A stretch of 64,000 nt of DNA, taken from the NCBI GenBank assembly GCA_038496445.1, contig JALMLS010000320.1, positions 310,001 to 374,000 on the forward strand, given 5' to 3'. Made by a program: the position numbers and the translations under genes. Below the pieces are notes generated by a model that searched no databases, was not told the origin of the DNA, and worked only from the letters and a program-made list of their open reading frames with translations. How positions within the stretch are numbered: position 1 is the first letter of the stretch; each line of letters opens with the position of its first letter. Source of the stretch: Trichosphaerium sp. ATCC 40318. Its lineage: Eukaryota > Protista > Tubulinea. This document shows, one piece after another, positions 49,851-63,064 of this stretch.

Positions 49851-51932
49851 GTTAAAGTAGTGCTGATGTGTGGTGTGTGCTGTTGAGAGTTGACTAAAAT
49901 GGTATATTTGATGTTTAAGCTTAAAGAAACATTAGGAATTTGGATACCAAAAAACGAAACAACTTTCCTTTTTTGACAGGTGTTGCAAAACGACAAGTTT
50001 ATTTCAAGTGAAAAGGTTTTAGAGATTAAAGTAATTATTTAGTACGATTGTCCACCTTTGGGACAATCTTGTACAGACACCCCGACAGCAAAAAAACTGT
50101 TCTAATTTAGGATTTTTTCAAAACTACAACAGTTTATCGTATTTGAAAATACCGCTTCAAATAGCTGGCCTATGCATAGAGAATTAATTTGGAGGTTTTT
50201 AAAGAACTTTCTTATCAAACTTTTTTACTTGAGAAAAACAAAAGGTACCTAATCGAGAAAAAGGTTTTTTAAGAGTACTAGTTATGTGAGGTATGGAAAG
50301 TTTGTTAAATAATAGGAGGGAGCCAAAAATACATTTGATCTTTTTTTTTTTTTTCGATTTTGATGTTCCTGAATTGATTCGGTAACCAGTGATTTCTGGA
50401 TGTTTTTGAAATGGAGAACAAAAATACCTGCGCCTTATGGCTATTGATGGCTGTTGTGTTAGCAAGAACAGCAGACCTGAAGGGCACTTGGGGGAAAATA
50501 TTCAAATTGGCGCTAAGTCATTGAAGATGAACTTCACAAGCCCGTCCTTGGTAGAAACAATTGTAAGAACACTCAACTGTGTAGCACATACACTAAGCAA
50601 CAATAATTGCAAAATCCGAAGGTTAAAACACGTTCAGATAAATCAACGTGTCAAAATGAGTGTCAGAAAAAAGACGGAATGTTTGAGCATGTCTTCCAAC
50701 ATTTCTCGCGATACATGGTACTTAAATGTACAACACTCTCGCTTGGTTTGAGTTCAACACAAGCTGAGTGGAGACTGGTTCTCTCAGAAAAACAAAAAAA
50801 CGGTCAAAGCAAGTTAAACGAGCCTAAACTTTAGAATCGAAACAACGCCAGCAAACACTACTATGCGTACGCAAACGACTACCATAACCAACTACGGGCA
50901 GATTTTTGCTATTCGGTGGCTTGCGTTCAGCCGCGGTGAACTCAAAGTGTTAAAGGCATCTCAAACATTGCTACATAGAACACCAACGTCACTGTAGCAG
51001 CCAAATGTCACTTTTTGCCGAAACGCGCTGAAAACTTGGTTTTACAACATAAATTGCCTCAAAATCTCTTCCATACACCCACAATAGGCTCGCAGTTTTC
51101 AGACGAAAAACGTCGCATCAAAAAACAAAAGTCAAGATTAATCGATATTTGGAGGGTTTTTTTTGTTCGTTTCTTTCAAATTTGCTTTATTTAGCTTTAA
51201 AACTACCAAACGAACGCTTTTACAACACACACTATTTATTTTTAGGCGTTTTACAATACTAAACAAATTTTCTATTTACAATTCCACTGCGAAGGATACG
51301 CGTTATTTTACGATTTAGTGTACCAGAATGGCAGTAAAAACGTAAACGGCCAGCTATTAATGTCCTCGGAAATAAACCGCCTCGCACCCACATCTGTGAC
51401 TAACGGCTCGAAGTACAGGTTTTTGGAGTACGAAAATGGACCAACAACAACTATTTCTAGCGTTAGACGTAATTCAGGTAATTTAAAACAACGGTACGTA
51501 CTGTCTCGTCTGACCTTCCATGGAGTTATCGCTGGTGCAGTGTATGGCTTGGCCCGTGGGTCTACTAGTTTGGTATTGGGTCTCTGGTTCAGTTCGGAAT
51601 TTATAACGTTTACTACAGCTACGCACGCCATGTTGTTTCTTTGGGTTTATTTAGTTGGTTTGCGTTAAGTCGTTACTTGGAGTTTTGTTCATTGAAATTT
51701 CCGTCGCATTGTCAACCAATGGGTCTTCAAACACCTAAATTAAGCTGAAGTGAACCAACCGGAGTTTATTTGCACCTAAAACAAACCTTGAACTCCAAAT
51801 CTGTTCTTCTTGCAGAAAAAGAGTTTCCTTGTGTACAGTATTGCACAGTACCAGCTTTGCATGTTGCTTGACACTAACCGATACAAGTTAGGTGCATAAA
51901 TAGTTGCGTGTTTGTTGTTTCACTACTGAGCA

Positions 51933-52005
51933 TTGTGGTACTATGTTTATCAAGCTGGTACTTTCGGAAGAGTTAATGTTGTCAGAATGATTTTAGCACA
52001 TGCCG
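51933..52005 (+). pseudogene. Possible glutathione S-transferase N-terminal exon remnant
   Basis: LWYYVYQAGTFGRVNVVRMILAHAG followed by a GT donor resembles the GST-N motif (LxYF...GRxxxxRxxLxxAG). No continuation found. Confidence 0.25.
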
Positions 52006-52477
52006 GTACATATCACTTGTAACATAATAAACAAAGCTGTTCCAAGCGTCCATCAAAAGACCACTACCAGCTATACTCACATCGTATTTGCCTTAACATA
52101 GTAACACTCCTATAATTGAGTCAGCATCATACCAGCGCTTAAACTCCTTGTTTTCTACCATTGATGTTATGACTCAGATAAAATACTACTCTCATACTAG
52201 TACTTGCTTTCTCATTCTCTAATACAATCAACATAGTTATACTCATCCAACTAATACGATGCCAATACACTGTTTTCCATTTTTCACTAGTGAAAGCCCA
52301 GAAAACAAAGTCACGTTTTTAAAGACTCAATAAGGTGTCACAAAGAAACTTCACTAGTTAAATATGACAAGTGAGGATTTACAAAGTCTCAAAGTTGTTG
52401 TGGAGGTTGTTGCAATGTGTGTTACTTAGTGCTAACCGAAAGGACTTAATCTCTCTATAAACTCACTGAATCCGGTC

Positions 52478-53523
52478 ATGGGTAGCGGTTTATCGTCAAC
52501 AGAAGGTGGTGCGTTATAATTCCTTATACTTTTAAACGCTTAGATGCCCTGTAGGCGTTTTCCCGCTGACATCTCTTAATAACTTTAAACCAAGATGGGA
52601 ATGGTTTTCTGACGAGCGATACGCGCTTTCAGACGCAGTACAACAAACGACGGAGATTTCTAAACCGCAATTTTACACAAACGCCATAACAACCTGTGAG
52701 AGGGCTGTAAAGGCTGTATCATCGTTACTGCTATCAAAACCCGCTGCCTATGCTGCTGTCGCCGCTGTAATTGCGGGTACCGTTGGTGGCGTCATTGTGT
52801 GGTATAAACGAACATGCGCAGCGATGAGATACAAGGATGATCGCATTGCGTTGCTAGAAGCTGAAAATAACGAGTTGAAAGAGAAAATCAAGTCTCTGTC
52901 TGCACAGGAACTAGTAAAAGAGAACAAGGTTCTTGCACAGGATAACAGTAATTTAAGAGAAGATATAGAAAGGTTATCAAAGGATCATCTTGTCGCAGAC
53001 AATAATGAGCTAGAAGCAATTGTCAGAGAGCTTCATGCACGTAATAAGGAGCTTGAATATGAGAATAATAACTTGGTAGATCGTGTTCAACGATTAGAAC
53101 AAGAGGTACGAAGAGAAACTAAAAATGAGAATCTCGTTTCGCTAACGATTTTTTTTATAGAAGTCATCATTGGATACGCAAGTAAAAGCTAACACAAACC
53201 GTATGGCCCAACTGGAGCAACTAGTATGCGTTTTTATGGGTTTTTTAGTTCTATTTGGTTTTAATTGATAGTATTTAGCTTAAACGTCACGTGCGTGATC
53301 AAGAGGAAGCGAACCGTTGTGGTATTTGTTTAGATCATCCAAAAAACAGGTAACCTGTTTTTAGCTTTGTTCACAGTTATCCAGGTGACTTTATTAACTG
53401 AGATCTCTTAGAACACTTTATCCTTGTGGCCATGGGATGTGCTCTGAATGCTGTGAGGCAATATCAGTGTGCTCGTACTGCAGGAGAGACATTGAAAAAA
53501 TTATACCTCGCTTCCATACTTAA
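52478..53523 (+). CDS. Membrane-anchored coiled-coil RING-HC E3 ligase-like protein
   Basis: MGSGLSS myristoylation-like start, TM segment AAYAAVAAVIAGTVGGVIVW and heptad coiled coil. RING CGICLD...PCGHGMCSECC...CSYCR. Confidence 0.8.
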
Positions 53524-53972
53524 ATAGCTTTGAGGTGTAAACAGGAACTTGTACATAATTAATACGTTCCAATACCAAATAATCATACAAAATGAAGCGT
53601 TCGTAGTTGCAATTGTTGTAAAATCGTACTTTTTTGACAAAGTGCACATCACTAATGCTACTTTCCTACATAACTGATATCAGAATTACCGCCTCTCCAG
53701 GAAACAATCACTGGCAATCATTGTTTTATCTCTAATGCTATGACATACGCACGTGCGAGGATATCTGCGTACATAGTCAGCACGTTGTTGTGTTTTAAAA
53801 ATGTATCAGTTTTCTAAGGGTATAAGTTGTTTAATAAAAACTCCAGAGGATGAAACCGTGCGAGAAGGTTTACATAGAAATATTAAATCATTGTTTCCAA
53901 AGTTACTCAGCATCAAACTTCGCATTACTACTCTGTTTATTTTTGACATTTAAAATACATGTGCAACTTGCT

Positions 53973-56900
53973 TTAAGTACTATTGGTAGTTTCTAGTATT
54001 TTATCGCTATTAACGAAAGCTCCTCTACTTATTTTTTCGAGTTTTCGTTTTAAGTCAACATTACGTTGTTTCAAGTCAGCATTGTTTTTTTTCAAGTTTT
54101 GTACGTTCTTTTTTAATGCGGCTACTTCTTGTTGTAAATCATCATTCTGAACTGATCCTTGAGTTGCATTGCCTTGAACAGTCATAGTTATAGACCTTGG
54201 CCCATTACTGTTTGATATTTCAGCTTCTGTTTTTGTCATGTAATACATTCGAGGAACAAGCAATAACAATATTGAAATAAAAGGTCCAAGAACAAGACAT
54301 AAAGATCGAAGAATGAATGCCACCTCACGATTGCTTGATGAAAACATCTAAAAAATGGTTTAGCACGTGAGGATATATAATTAGAATATGGCTTGTACGC
54401 ACTTGAATGATGATAATAATGATAATGAAGAAAGTAAGGTTGTAAACAGCAAATCCAATTACTCTAAGAATAAACGTCAACAAAAAAACCAATTACGTAA
54501 CAAATCCGTAAAAATCCAAGGCACCTTGATTCGTTGTAGAGAGTTGCTTTGAGTTTCCATATTTTATATATCCAGTAAAGTCCATATACAAGAACACCCG
54601 CATTAAAGGCCATGAGAACAGCAAAAAATATTGTATCTGTTGTTGAGTTTGCACAAGTGATATAATCATCAGAATGAATAAATGGTGCTTCTTCGACAAG
54701 CTCAGCAGTGCCTCTACTTACTAATGTCCATATAGAAAGTACCACAATTTCTACTGCTAGAATGGCTGCAACAATGGGAATGATCATCATATTCGTGACT
54801 TTGAAGACAGTCAATGACTTAACAAGGAATATTTGACCAATTCTGTAAATCCTCGCAAACATAGCTCCGTATGTTAACTACAAGCACTTAACTTGATATC
54901 ACTACATAACTATAAACGTACACCAAAACCAATAGCTAGAAGCCATCTTGTAAGATTACAATGAAGGTCATCAGTGTGAAGAGTCCAGAAGAATACAGAA
55001 CTATACATCAGAATAGTGCCAACCTATTCACTTGTTAGCGATTTTGTTCAGAAAATAAAACCTTTATTAACACCCGTACCAATGTAAGGACAACAAACAT
55101 TGGCTGGGAAGCGCGTATGACTGTATGTTCACGATAAATCAACACCCATACAATGATACTAACAGTTAGGAGAATTGCGCAAGCTACAACACCTATAATA
55201 ACAAGCTCACTTGTGTGCTCTAAAGTAACTTTATCAGTACAACTCCAAGAATGTCAGTAAATAAAATACGTACTGTACCAACCGTAAGTGGTCTCTCTTT
55301 CATCCCATTTAGGTGCTGGATATACGAACTGATCTGTGACAGCGAATAGAGGAGCTATTATTTGGTATTCGATATCCTCATCAATCTGATGTGTTAAGCC
55401 TGCTCTTCCAATATTTTGACCGAACTGATCAAACTCGCACTCACCGCAAAACCCTGTTATATCGATAGAATTTATTACTTCCTGTAGTTTATCAACATCA
55501 AATGAACTAGAAACAAAATGTTGGTATCCAAAAAAAAAAAATAAAAAATCAGAATTTTCCTCATCAGCGAGAGCTCAATCTTTTTTAAATTACAACTTTG
55601 AATGTGTTTAACACCAGAAAGTTTACGAATATTAACAGGCAAAGTTTATCAAATCAAAGTGAGCCGTGATCAATGCGTCATAATTCAAATAAATTAGGAA
55701 AAAGCAAACAATTGAAATTCTCAAAATGACAAAATTATCACGTGCTTTGCTGTTTCAAAAGCGTATTGTATGATATATCCTGCACTGTAACCGGCCATGC
55801 CTAAAAACATTTGATTAAATCTAAGAAGTAAGGTAGGCGAGGGTGTACCGTGGACTACAGGTTCAATACCATATTTAGCTTTGTACTGGTTGTTGAACAT
55901 TAACGCTGAAGTTTCAGTTCCGTTGGTAATGAAATGATGGTAACGAACTCTTTCATCATATTCTTCATAACGCTCAGAACGTACTCTCTTGTCCCACTGA
56001 AAAGTTGGTCCATTAGCATTAAAAATGAATTACAAGTACGTACATTTGAGCCTCCAACCATTACGTATCGAGAGTCTTCTCCTGCCGCATCAACAATGCA
56101 TGGGTTTGACAGAACGTAAGCCTATTTGATTTGTAAGTACAGATATACATTGTAGAATAGGAAGTACATACTTTGGCATTGAAGTTCATTCTCTTTGCTG
56201 TCTGCATGAAAGCCACGCAAGAAAACAAAGTTCCACCAAGAACAACATCTGTAATAATTGTGAGTTGTAATAAGGGAGCAGAAGCACAAAGGCTGGTTAG
56301 AAAAGGTTCGGGGACATACCAGGTTCCTTCTCTTTGAGCACTGTGATTAGTTTTTCAATATCTGGTTGTACTATTGTTAAATTCGAAGAAAATGCAATAC
56401 TTGTGCTGTAAACAAGCTCCATCCCCAAAAACTCAACACTTCTTAGAGCACCATCAGCAATAGCCTCTGCGAAAGCAGTATCTACCAAGCGTAAATAAAG
56501 AAGAAAATAAGATATGGTTGTAAACATCCTACCTTCCCAAAAAATAGCAATTGTCTTAGCATTATTTGAAACAGCGAGTAAGTTCAATGCTTCAATCATG
56601 AACCTTGAATTTGGTTGTAACATGCTAGTGACATATTTAAATCTTCTCCCAAAAGGTAGAGTGCATGGAGGGCTTAGATCGTCATCACAAATGTAATTAC
56701 TCGGAGTTGAAGCGCTGGCTAAAAACAACCGTTAACAGTCAAAAACGGATAAAAGTAAAGTAGCCTCTACAACGTTACCATCGTTTGAAATAAACTTTTA
56801 AAAACACGTGATTTTTCAATTGTTAGCACTTGAAAGATTTTTTGCGTACGTAAAATAGAGTTTACTTTTAACTCATTCGCAACGATTGCCGCAGGGACTC

Positions 56901-57620
56901 CCAAGTGTGTTGTTAGTGGCTAATTAGAAAGGTTAGAAGGTTAGACTAAAAATGAAGAACATACCAACAAAAGGAAGTCGATATTTTCATTCTCTATCAG
57001 ATGCCTTGTAGCATTAGTCGTCGCGTCGCTGTTACCCTCTAAGCAAAGAGAAAATATGTTAGTTTCAAGTACACCTGCGATGGGAGTTTTACAAGTAGGA
57101 CTCTCCCGTAGCTACAATGGACTGTTTTAAACTACTCAACGAGCCATACCTGTTTCTAATACAATAATTTCTACATTATAATTCGTTCCGTTCACTAGTA
57201 TACCTCCTCGAGCGTTTACCTTAGCAAACAAGTAATTAGATATTGATCGATTTATGGGTTGGGTTAATTTATGTGAAGTTATTTGTAAATATTGTAAACA
57301 GCGTTTTTCTCACTACAACATTGATAATCCAGCTCGAAAACTACCCAAAGGGAGGATACAGTGATGCATCACAGTCTAAAAGACTGATAACTGAATTTGT
57401 AAATGCTGTGGTGAGAAATAGTACGTTTTAGAAATTCCGGATTTGTACCCCGGCCACGTACCGTTTCTTTCCACATTTGATAAGAGTTTCGAGCCCGAGT
57501 TTGAAAAATAACTGTGGAGCCTTCAGTAGGGTACACATGTCCGATGCGGATTACGTTTTGAGCAACTGAAGGTGCTATAATACATAATATTACCAAGGTA
57601 ATAATCGCATAGGAGCTCAT
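53973..57620 (-). CDS. Class C (GABA-B/Grl-like) GPCR, copy 1
   Basis: Signal peptide and periplasmic-binding-protein-like ectodomain (IRIGHVYP, VNARGG, GECEFDQFGQN, FVYPAPKWDER). 7TM motifs VIRASQPMF, MFARIYRIGQIF and YNESR, then a C-terminal coiled coil. Confidence 0.85.
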
Positions 57621-58684
57621 GTGTAATTGAGTGAATTGTAATAACTGCGAGTTAAGGAAGCACAATTTTCAATCAAAATTCCTAATGACGTGTTATGTCG
57701 ATTTTAAGCTGAAAGTTTCCCTTCTATCCCTTTTGTGTGCGTAGACTTACCATTCAGATACATTCTGAGTCGGCATTTTTTGGATACAAGCCAGGCGTGG
57801 GTTACGAAAGAATGAGTTTTCTGCAATACCTCACTTTGCAAAGAGTCGAAATATGCCAATGTAGCATCCTCTACGCTCAGTGATACCAAGCAAAGTCGGT
57901 GCGGTCCTGGAAACGTTCATAAAAATCGTCATGTAATGCATGAACACCTCAAACACTGTTTGTTGGGACATTTGGCTTATACGATTGATGATTGGTATAA
58001 TAGTAGTCACATGTGATTTGAATATCTGGGTTCAAACGTTAGGTATTCGCTTATAGTGATGTGTTCTATCATAACTCCAAAAATAGTTTAATTTAGTTAC
58101 TTTTTTAAGTATAGTTTAGCTAAGTCGGTCTCAATGCAAATATCTTCATTTCGAGCTTTGCTACATTGTATAGGGTTGAAATTAATACCATCACACGTTT
58201 CTGTTTTACAATTAAAAACACAACAAGTGGCTCACATATGGGAAATGTTGAATGAAAGTAGTTGAAATTTATTGTTTTCCCAACCTACGCGTGATGTTAT
58301 ATGTAGTGTTCTACACTTTCCTTGTTTTGAACTGAGTATATGACACGGTAGGATAACTATTACTAATTGTAAAAATACATACAATAGCGTTTGTGCCAAA
58401 CACGGTCACTTTTTCCAATTTTTCCGCAACATCAACAAACAATATGCGTACCATGTGAGTGATACATTTTAGTCAGCACGTTGTGTTTTAAAATGCATCA
58501 GTTTTCTAAGGGTATAAGTTGTTTAATAAAAACTCTAGAGGATGAAACCTTGCACGAGGAGGTTTACATACTCTTGGATGTACCAAGATGAAACAATCAT
58601 TGTTTTCAAAGTTACTCAGCATTGCAAACTTCTTTAGAGCTACTCTGTTTATTTTTGACATTTAAAATACATGTGCAATTTGCT

Positions 58685-61600
58685 TTAAGAACTATTGCTT
58701 GTTTCTTGTATTTTATCACTATTAACGAAAGCCTCTTTACTCATTTTTTCGAGTTTTCGTTTTAAGTCAGCATTGTTTTGTTTCAAGTTTTGTACGTTCT
58801 TTTTTAAAGCGGCTACTTCTTGTTGTAAATCATGAACTGATCCTTGAGGTACATTCCCTTGAATACTAATGTTTATAGACCCTGTACGATTACTGTTTGA
58901 TATTTCAGCTTCTGTTTTTGTCATGTAATACATTCGAGGAACAAGCAATAACAATATTGAAATAAAAGGTCCAAGGACAAGACATAAAGATCGAAGAATG
59001 AATGCCACCTCACGATTGCTTGATGAAAACATCTAAAAAATGGTTTAAGCACGTGATGGATATATAATTAGAATATGGCTTTACGCACTTGAATGATGAT
59101 AATAATGATAATGAAGAAAGTAAGGTTGTAAACAGCAAATCCAATAACTCTAAAAATAAACGTGTCAACAAAAAACATTACGTAAGAAATCCAAGGCACC
59201 TTGATTCGTTGTAGAGGGCTGATTTAAGTCTCCATATTTTATATATCCAGTAAAGTCCATATACAAGAACACCCGCATTAAAGGCCATGAGAACAGCAAA
59301 AAATATTGTATCTGTTGTTGAGTTTGCACAAGTGATGTAATCATCAGAACGAACAAACGGTGCTTCTTCGACAAGCTCAGCAGTGCCTCTACTTACTAAT
59401 GTCCATATAGAAAGTACCACAATTTCTACTGCTAGAATGGCTGCAACAATGGGAATGATCATCATATTCGTGACTTTGAAAACAGTCAATGACTTAACAA
59501 GGAATATCTGACCAATTCTGTAAATCCTCGCAAACATAGCTCCGTATGTTAACTACAAGCACTTAACTTGATATCCTCATTTATACTACAAGAGCGTACA
59601 CCAAAACCAATAGCTAGAAGCCATCTTGTAAGATTACAGTGAAGGTCATCAGTGTGAAGAGTCCAGAAGAATACAGAACTATACATCAGAATAGTGCCAA
59701 TCTATTCATTTGTTAGCGATTTTGTTCAGAAAATAAAGCCTTTATTAACACCCGTACCAATGTAAGGACAACAAACATTGGCTGAGAAGCACGTATGACT
59801 GTATGTTCACGGTAAATCAACACCCATACAATGATACCAAGAGTTATAAGAATTGCGCAAGCTACAACACCTATAATAACAAGCTCACTTGTGTACTCTA
59901 AAGGAACTTGATCAGTACAACTCCAAGAATGTCAGTAAATAAAATACGTACTGTACCAACCGTAAGTGGTTTCTCTTTCATCCCATTTAGGTGCTGGATA
60001 AACGAACTGATCTGTGACAGCGAATAGAGGAGCTACTATCTGCTTTTCGATATTCTCATCAATCTGATGTGTTAAGCCTGCTCTTCCAATATTTTGACCG
60101 AACTGATCAAACTCGCACTCACCGCAAAACCCTGTTATATCGATAGAATTTATTACTTCCTGTAGTTTATCAACATCAAATGAACTAGAAACAAAATGTT
60201 GGTATCCAAAAAAAAAAAAATCAAAAAAGTCAGAATTTTCCTCATCAGCGAGAGCTCAATCTTAAGCTTAATCTTTTTTCATTAAAACTTTGAATGTGTT
60301 TAACACACCAGTAAGTTTACGAATATTAACAGGCAAAGTCACAAAATTCTAAATGAGCCGTGATCAATGCGTCACAATTCAAATAAATAAGGAAAACCAA
60401 AAAAACAAAACTAATGCAAATTCTCGCAAATAACAAAATCACGTGCTTTGCTGTTTCAAATGCGTATTGTATGATATATCCTGCACTGTAACCGGCCATG
60501 CCTAGAAACGTTTGATTAAATCTAAGAAATAAGGTAGACGGGGTGTACCGTGGAGGACAGGTTCAATACCATATCTAGCTTTGTACTGGTTGTTGAACAT
60601 TAACGCTGAAGTTTCAGTTCCGTTGGTAATGAAATGATGGTAACGAACTCTTTCATCATATTCTTCATAACGCTCAGAACGTACTCTCTTGTCCCACTGA
60701 AAAGGTGGTCCATTAGCATTAAATGAATTACAAGTACGTACATTTGAGCCTGTAACCATTACGTATCGAGAGTCTTCTCCTGCCGCATCAACGAAGCATG
60801 GGTTTGACAGAACGTAAGCCTATTTCATTTGTAAGTATAGATATACATTGTAGAAAGACGGCAGGAGAATAGGAAGTACATACTTTGGCATTGAAGTTCA
60901 TTCTCTTTGCTGTCTTCATGAAAGCCACGCAAGAAAACAAGGTTCCACCAAGAACAACATCTGTAATAATTGTGAGTTGTAATAAGGTAGCACAAGCACA
61001 AAAAGGTTTTTATAAAAGATTCGGGGACATACCAGGTTCCTTCTCTTTGAGCACTGTGATTAGTTTTTCAATATCTGGTTGTACTATTGTTGAATTCGTA
61101 GAAAATGCAATACTTGTGTTGTAAACAAGCTCCATCCCCAGAAACTGAACACTTCTTAGAGCACCATCAGCAATAGCCCTGGCGAAATCACTATCTTCCC
61201 AAAAAATAGCAATTGTCTTAGCATTATTTGAAACAGCAAGTAAGTTCAATGCTTCAATCATGAACCTTGTATTTGGCTGTAACATGCTAGTAACATATTT
61301 AAATCTTCTCCCAAAAGGTAGAGTGCATGGAGGGCTTAGATTTTCATCACAAATGTAATTACTCGGAGTTGAAGCGCTGGCTAAAAACAACCGTTAACAG
61401 TCAAAAACGGATAAAAGTAACCCCAACAACGTTGTGGTCATTTTAAATAAACTTGGTTTGGACCGTTAAAAAACACGTGATTTTTCGATGAATGTAAAAT
61501 TTGTAATGTAATACACCCTTATCATTTAATTGCATTGGTTAGCACTGAGGTATGTCCGTTTTAACGTACGTAAAATAGAATTTACTTTTAACTCATTCGC

Positions 61601-62350
61601 AAGGATTGCCGGAAGGATTCCCAAGCCTGTTAGTGGCTATTGAAAAAGGTAAGAAGGTTAGACTAAAAAAAGAAGAAAACGTACCAGCAAAAGGAAGTTG
61701 ATATTTTCATTCTCTATCAGATGCCTTGTACCATTAGTCGCCGAGGCGCTGTTACCCTCTAAGCAAAGAGAAAATATGTTAGTTTCAAGTACACCTGCGG
61801 GAGTTTAACGCAGACATACTTGCGACGGAGTTTTACAAGTAGAGCTATCCCGTCTGCAAATGGACTGTTTTTAAACTACTCAACGAGCCATACCTGTTTT
61901 TATTTCAATAATTTCTACATTATAATTCGTTCCGTTCACTAATATACCTCCTCGAGCGTTTACCTGAGCAATTTGAAATTAGATATTGATCGATTAAGGA
62001 TGAAGAGAAGTTATTTGTAAATATTTTAAACAGCGTTTTTCTCACTACAACATTGATAATCCAGCTCGAAAACCTCCCAGAGAGGGATGAAGTGTTGTGT
62101 CCGCAGTAGGATAGACTGATAACGCAATTTGTAGATGCTGTGGTGAGAAAAGAAGTTTTTCGAAATTTCAGAATTTGTACCAGCCACGTACCGTTTCTTT
62201 CCACATTTGATAAGAGTTTCGAGCCCGAGTTTGAAAAATAACTGTGGAGCCTTCAGTAGGGTACACATGTCCGATGCGGATTACGTTTTGAGCAACTGAA
62301 GGTGCTATAATACATAATATTACCAAGGCAATAATCGCAGAGGAGCTCAT
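58685..62350 (-). CDS. Class C (GABA-B/Grl-like) GPCR, copy 2
   Basis: Near-identical exon series and motifs to copy 1. Confidence 0.85.
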
Positions 62351-63064
62351 GCTGTAATTTAGTGAATTGTAATAACTGCAATAATTCCGCAAGTTAAGGC
62401 ACAATTTTCAATCAATATTTCTTTGGAAATCTCTCCAAAAAATTCAGTAATATTCATGCAGTTTTGGTTCACGTCTTAGGTGAGCAAAAATTATGCCAGT
62501 TGATAGGTTAATTGTAATATTTCAGAAATCCTACAATATGTAGTACTTTGAGCGCTTTCGTGGACTGTTATTAAAAAAACCATTTCTATTAGCGCAAACG
62601 ATCTGGCAATAAGTAGTTCTACGCACACAAAGTGATGCCAATAAGTTTCTGTGGCGTTTTAGGAGCACGTGACAAATATCGCTTTTTTGCTACCAAGTAA
62701 CCGTCAACATTGCGTTTTGTGCTAGAGAACCTAGGGGGTGAAAGAAAAGCAATCATGTCAGGTCCAACAGCACAAGCGAAACAAAATCAAGATCCTCAAA
62801 ACGCCGCGATCACCAAAACACCAATGAATATTAATGAATATGGCTTACATTACCATTGCTTATATTCATAATGGGAGAACATAAGGTGGACGCAGCTTTC
62901 AATAGTCAGGTGTTTTCAAGTCCATAATATTATTGTAGAGTAAATTAAAAGCGTTATGGCGTCGCCAGAAGCAAGGCAAGTTTATTAAACTTTGTATAAA
63001 AACGTCGCCAACATTAGATTCCAAGTGCCCTCTTTTTTTGTTCTTTTACCATTAACACTGCTAC

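Larger units (their letters stand above)
53775..62415. repeat. Recent tandem direct duplication of ~3.9 kb (about 53775-57680 and 58471-62415)
   Basis: Exons, introns and 3' flank align nearly base for base. The units are separated by ~0.8 kb of unique sequence. Confidence 0.92.

Noticed and set aside
57330-57392. Hammerhead ribozyme (CGAAA and CTGAT motifs) in the GPCR intron
   Set aside because: The core reads CTGATAA rather than CTGANGA, and stems I/III with an NUH site cannot be built consistently in both copies.
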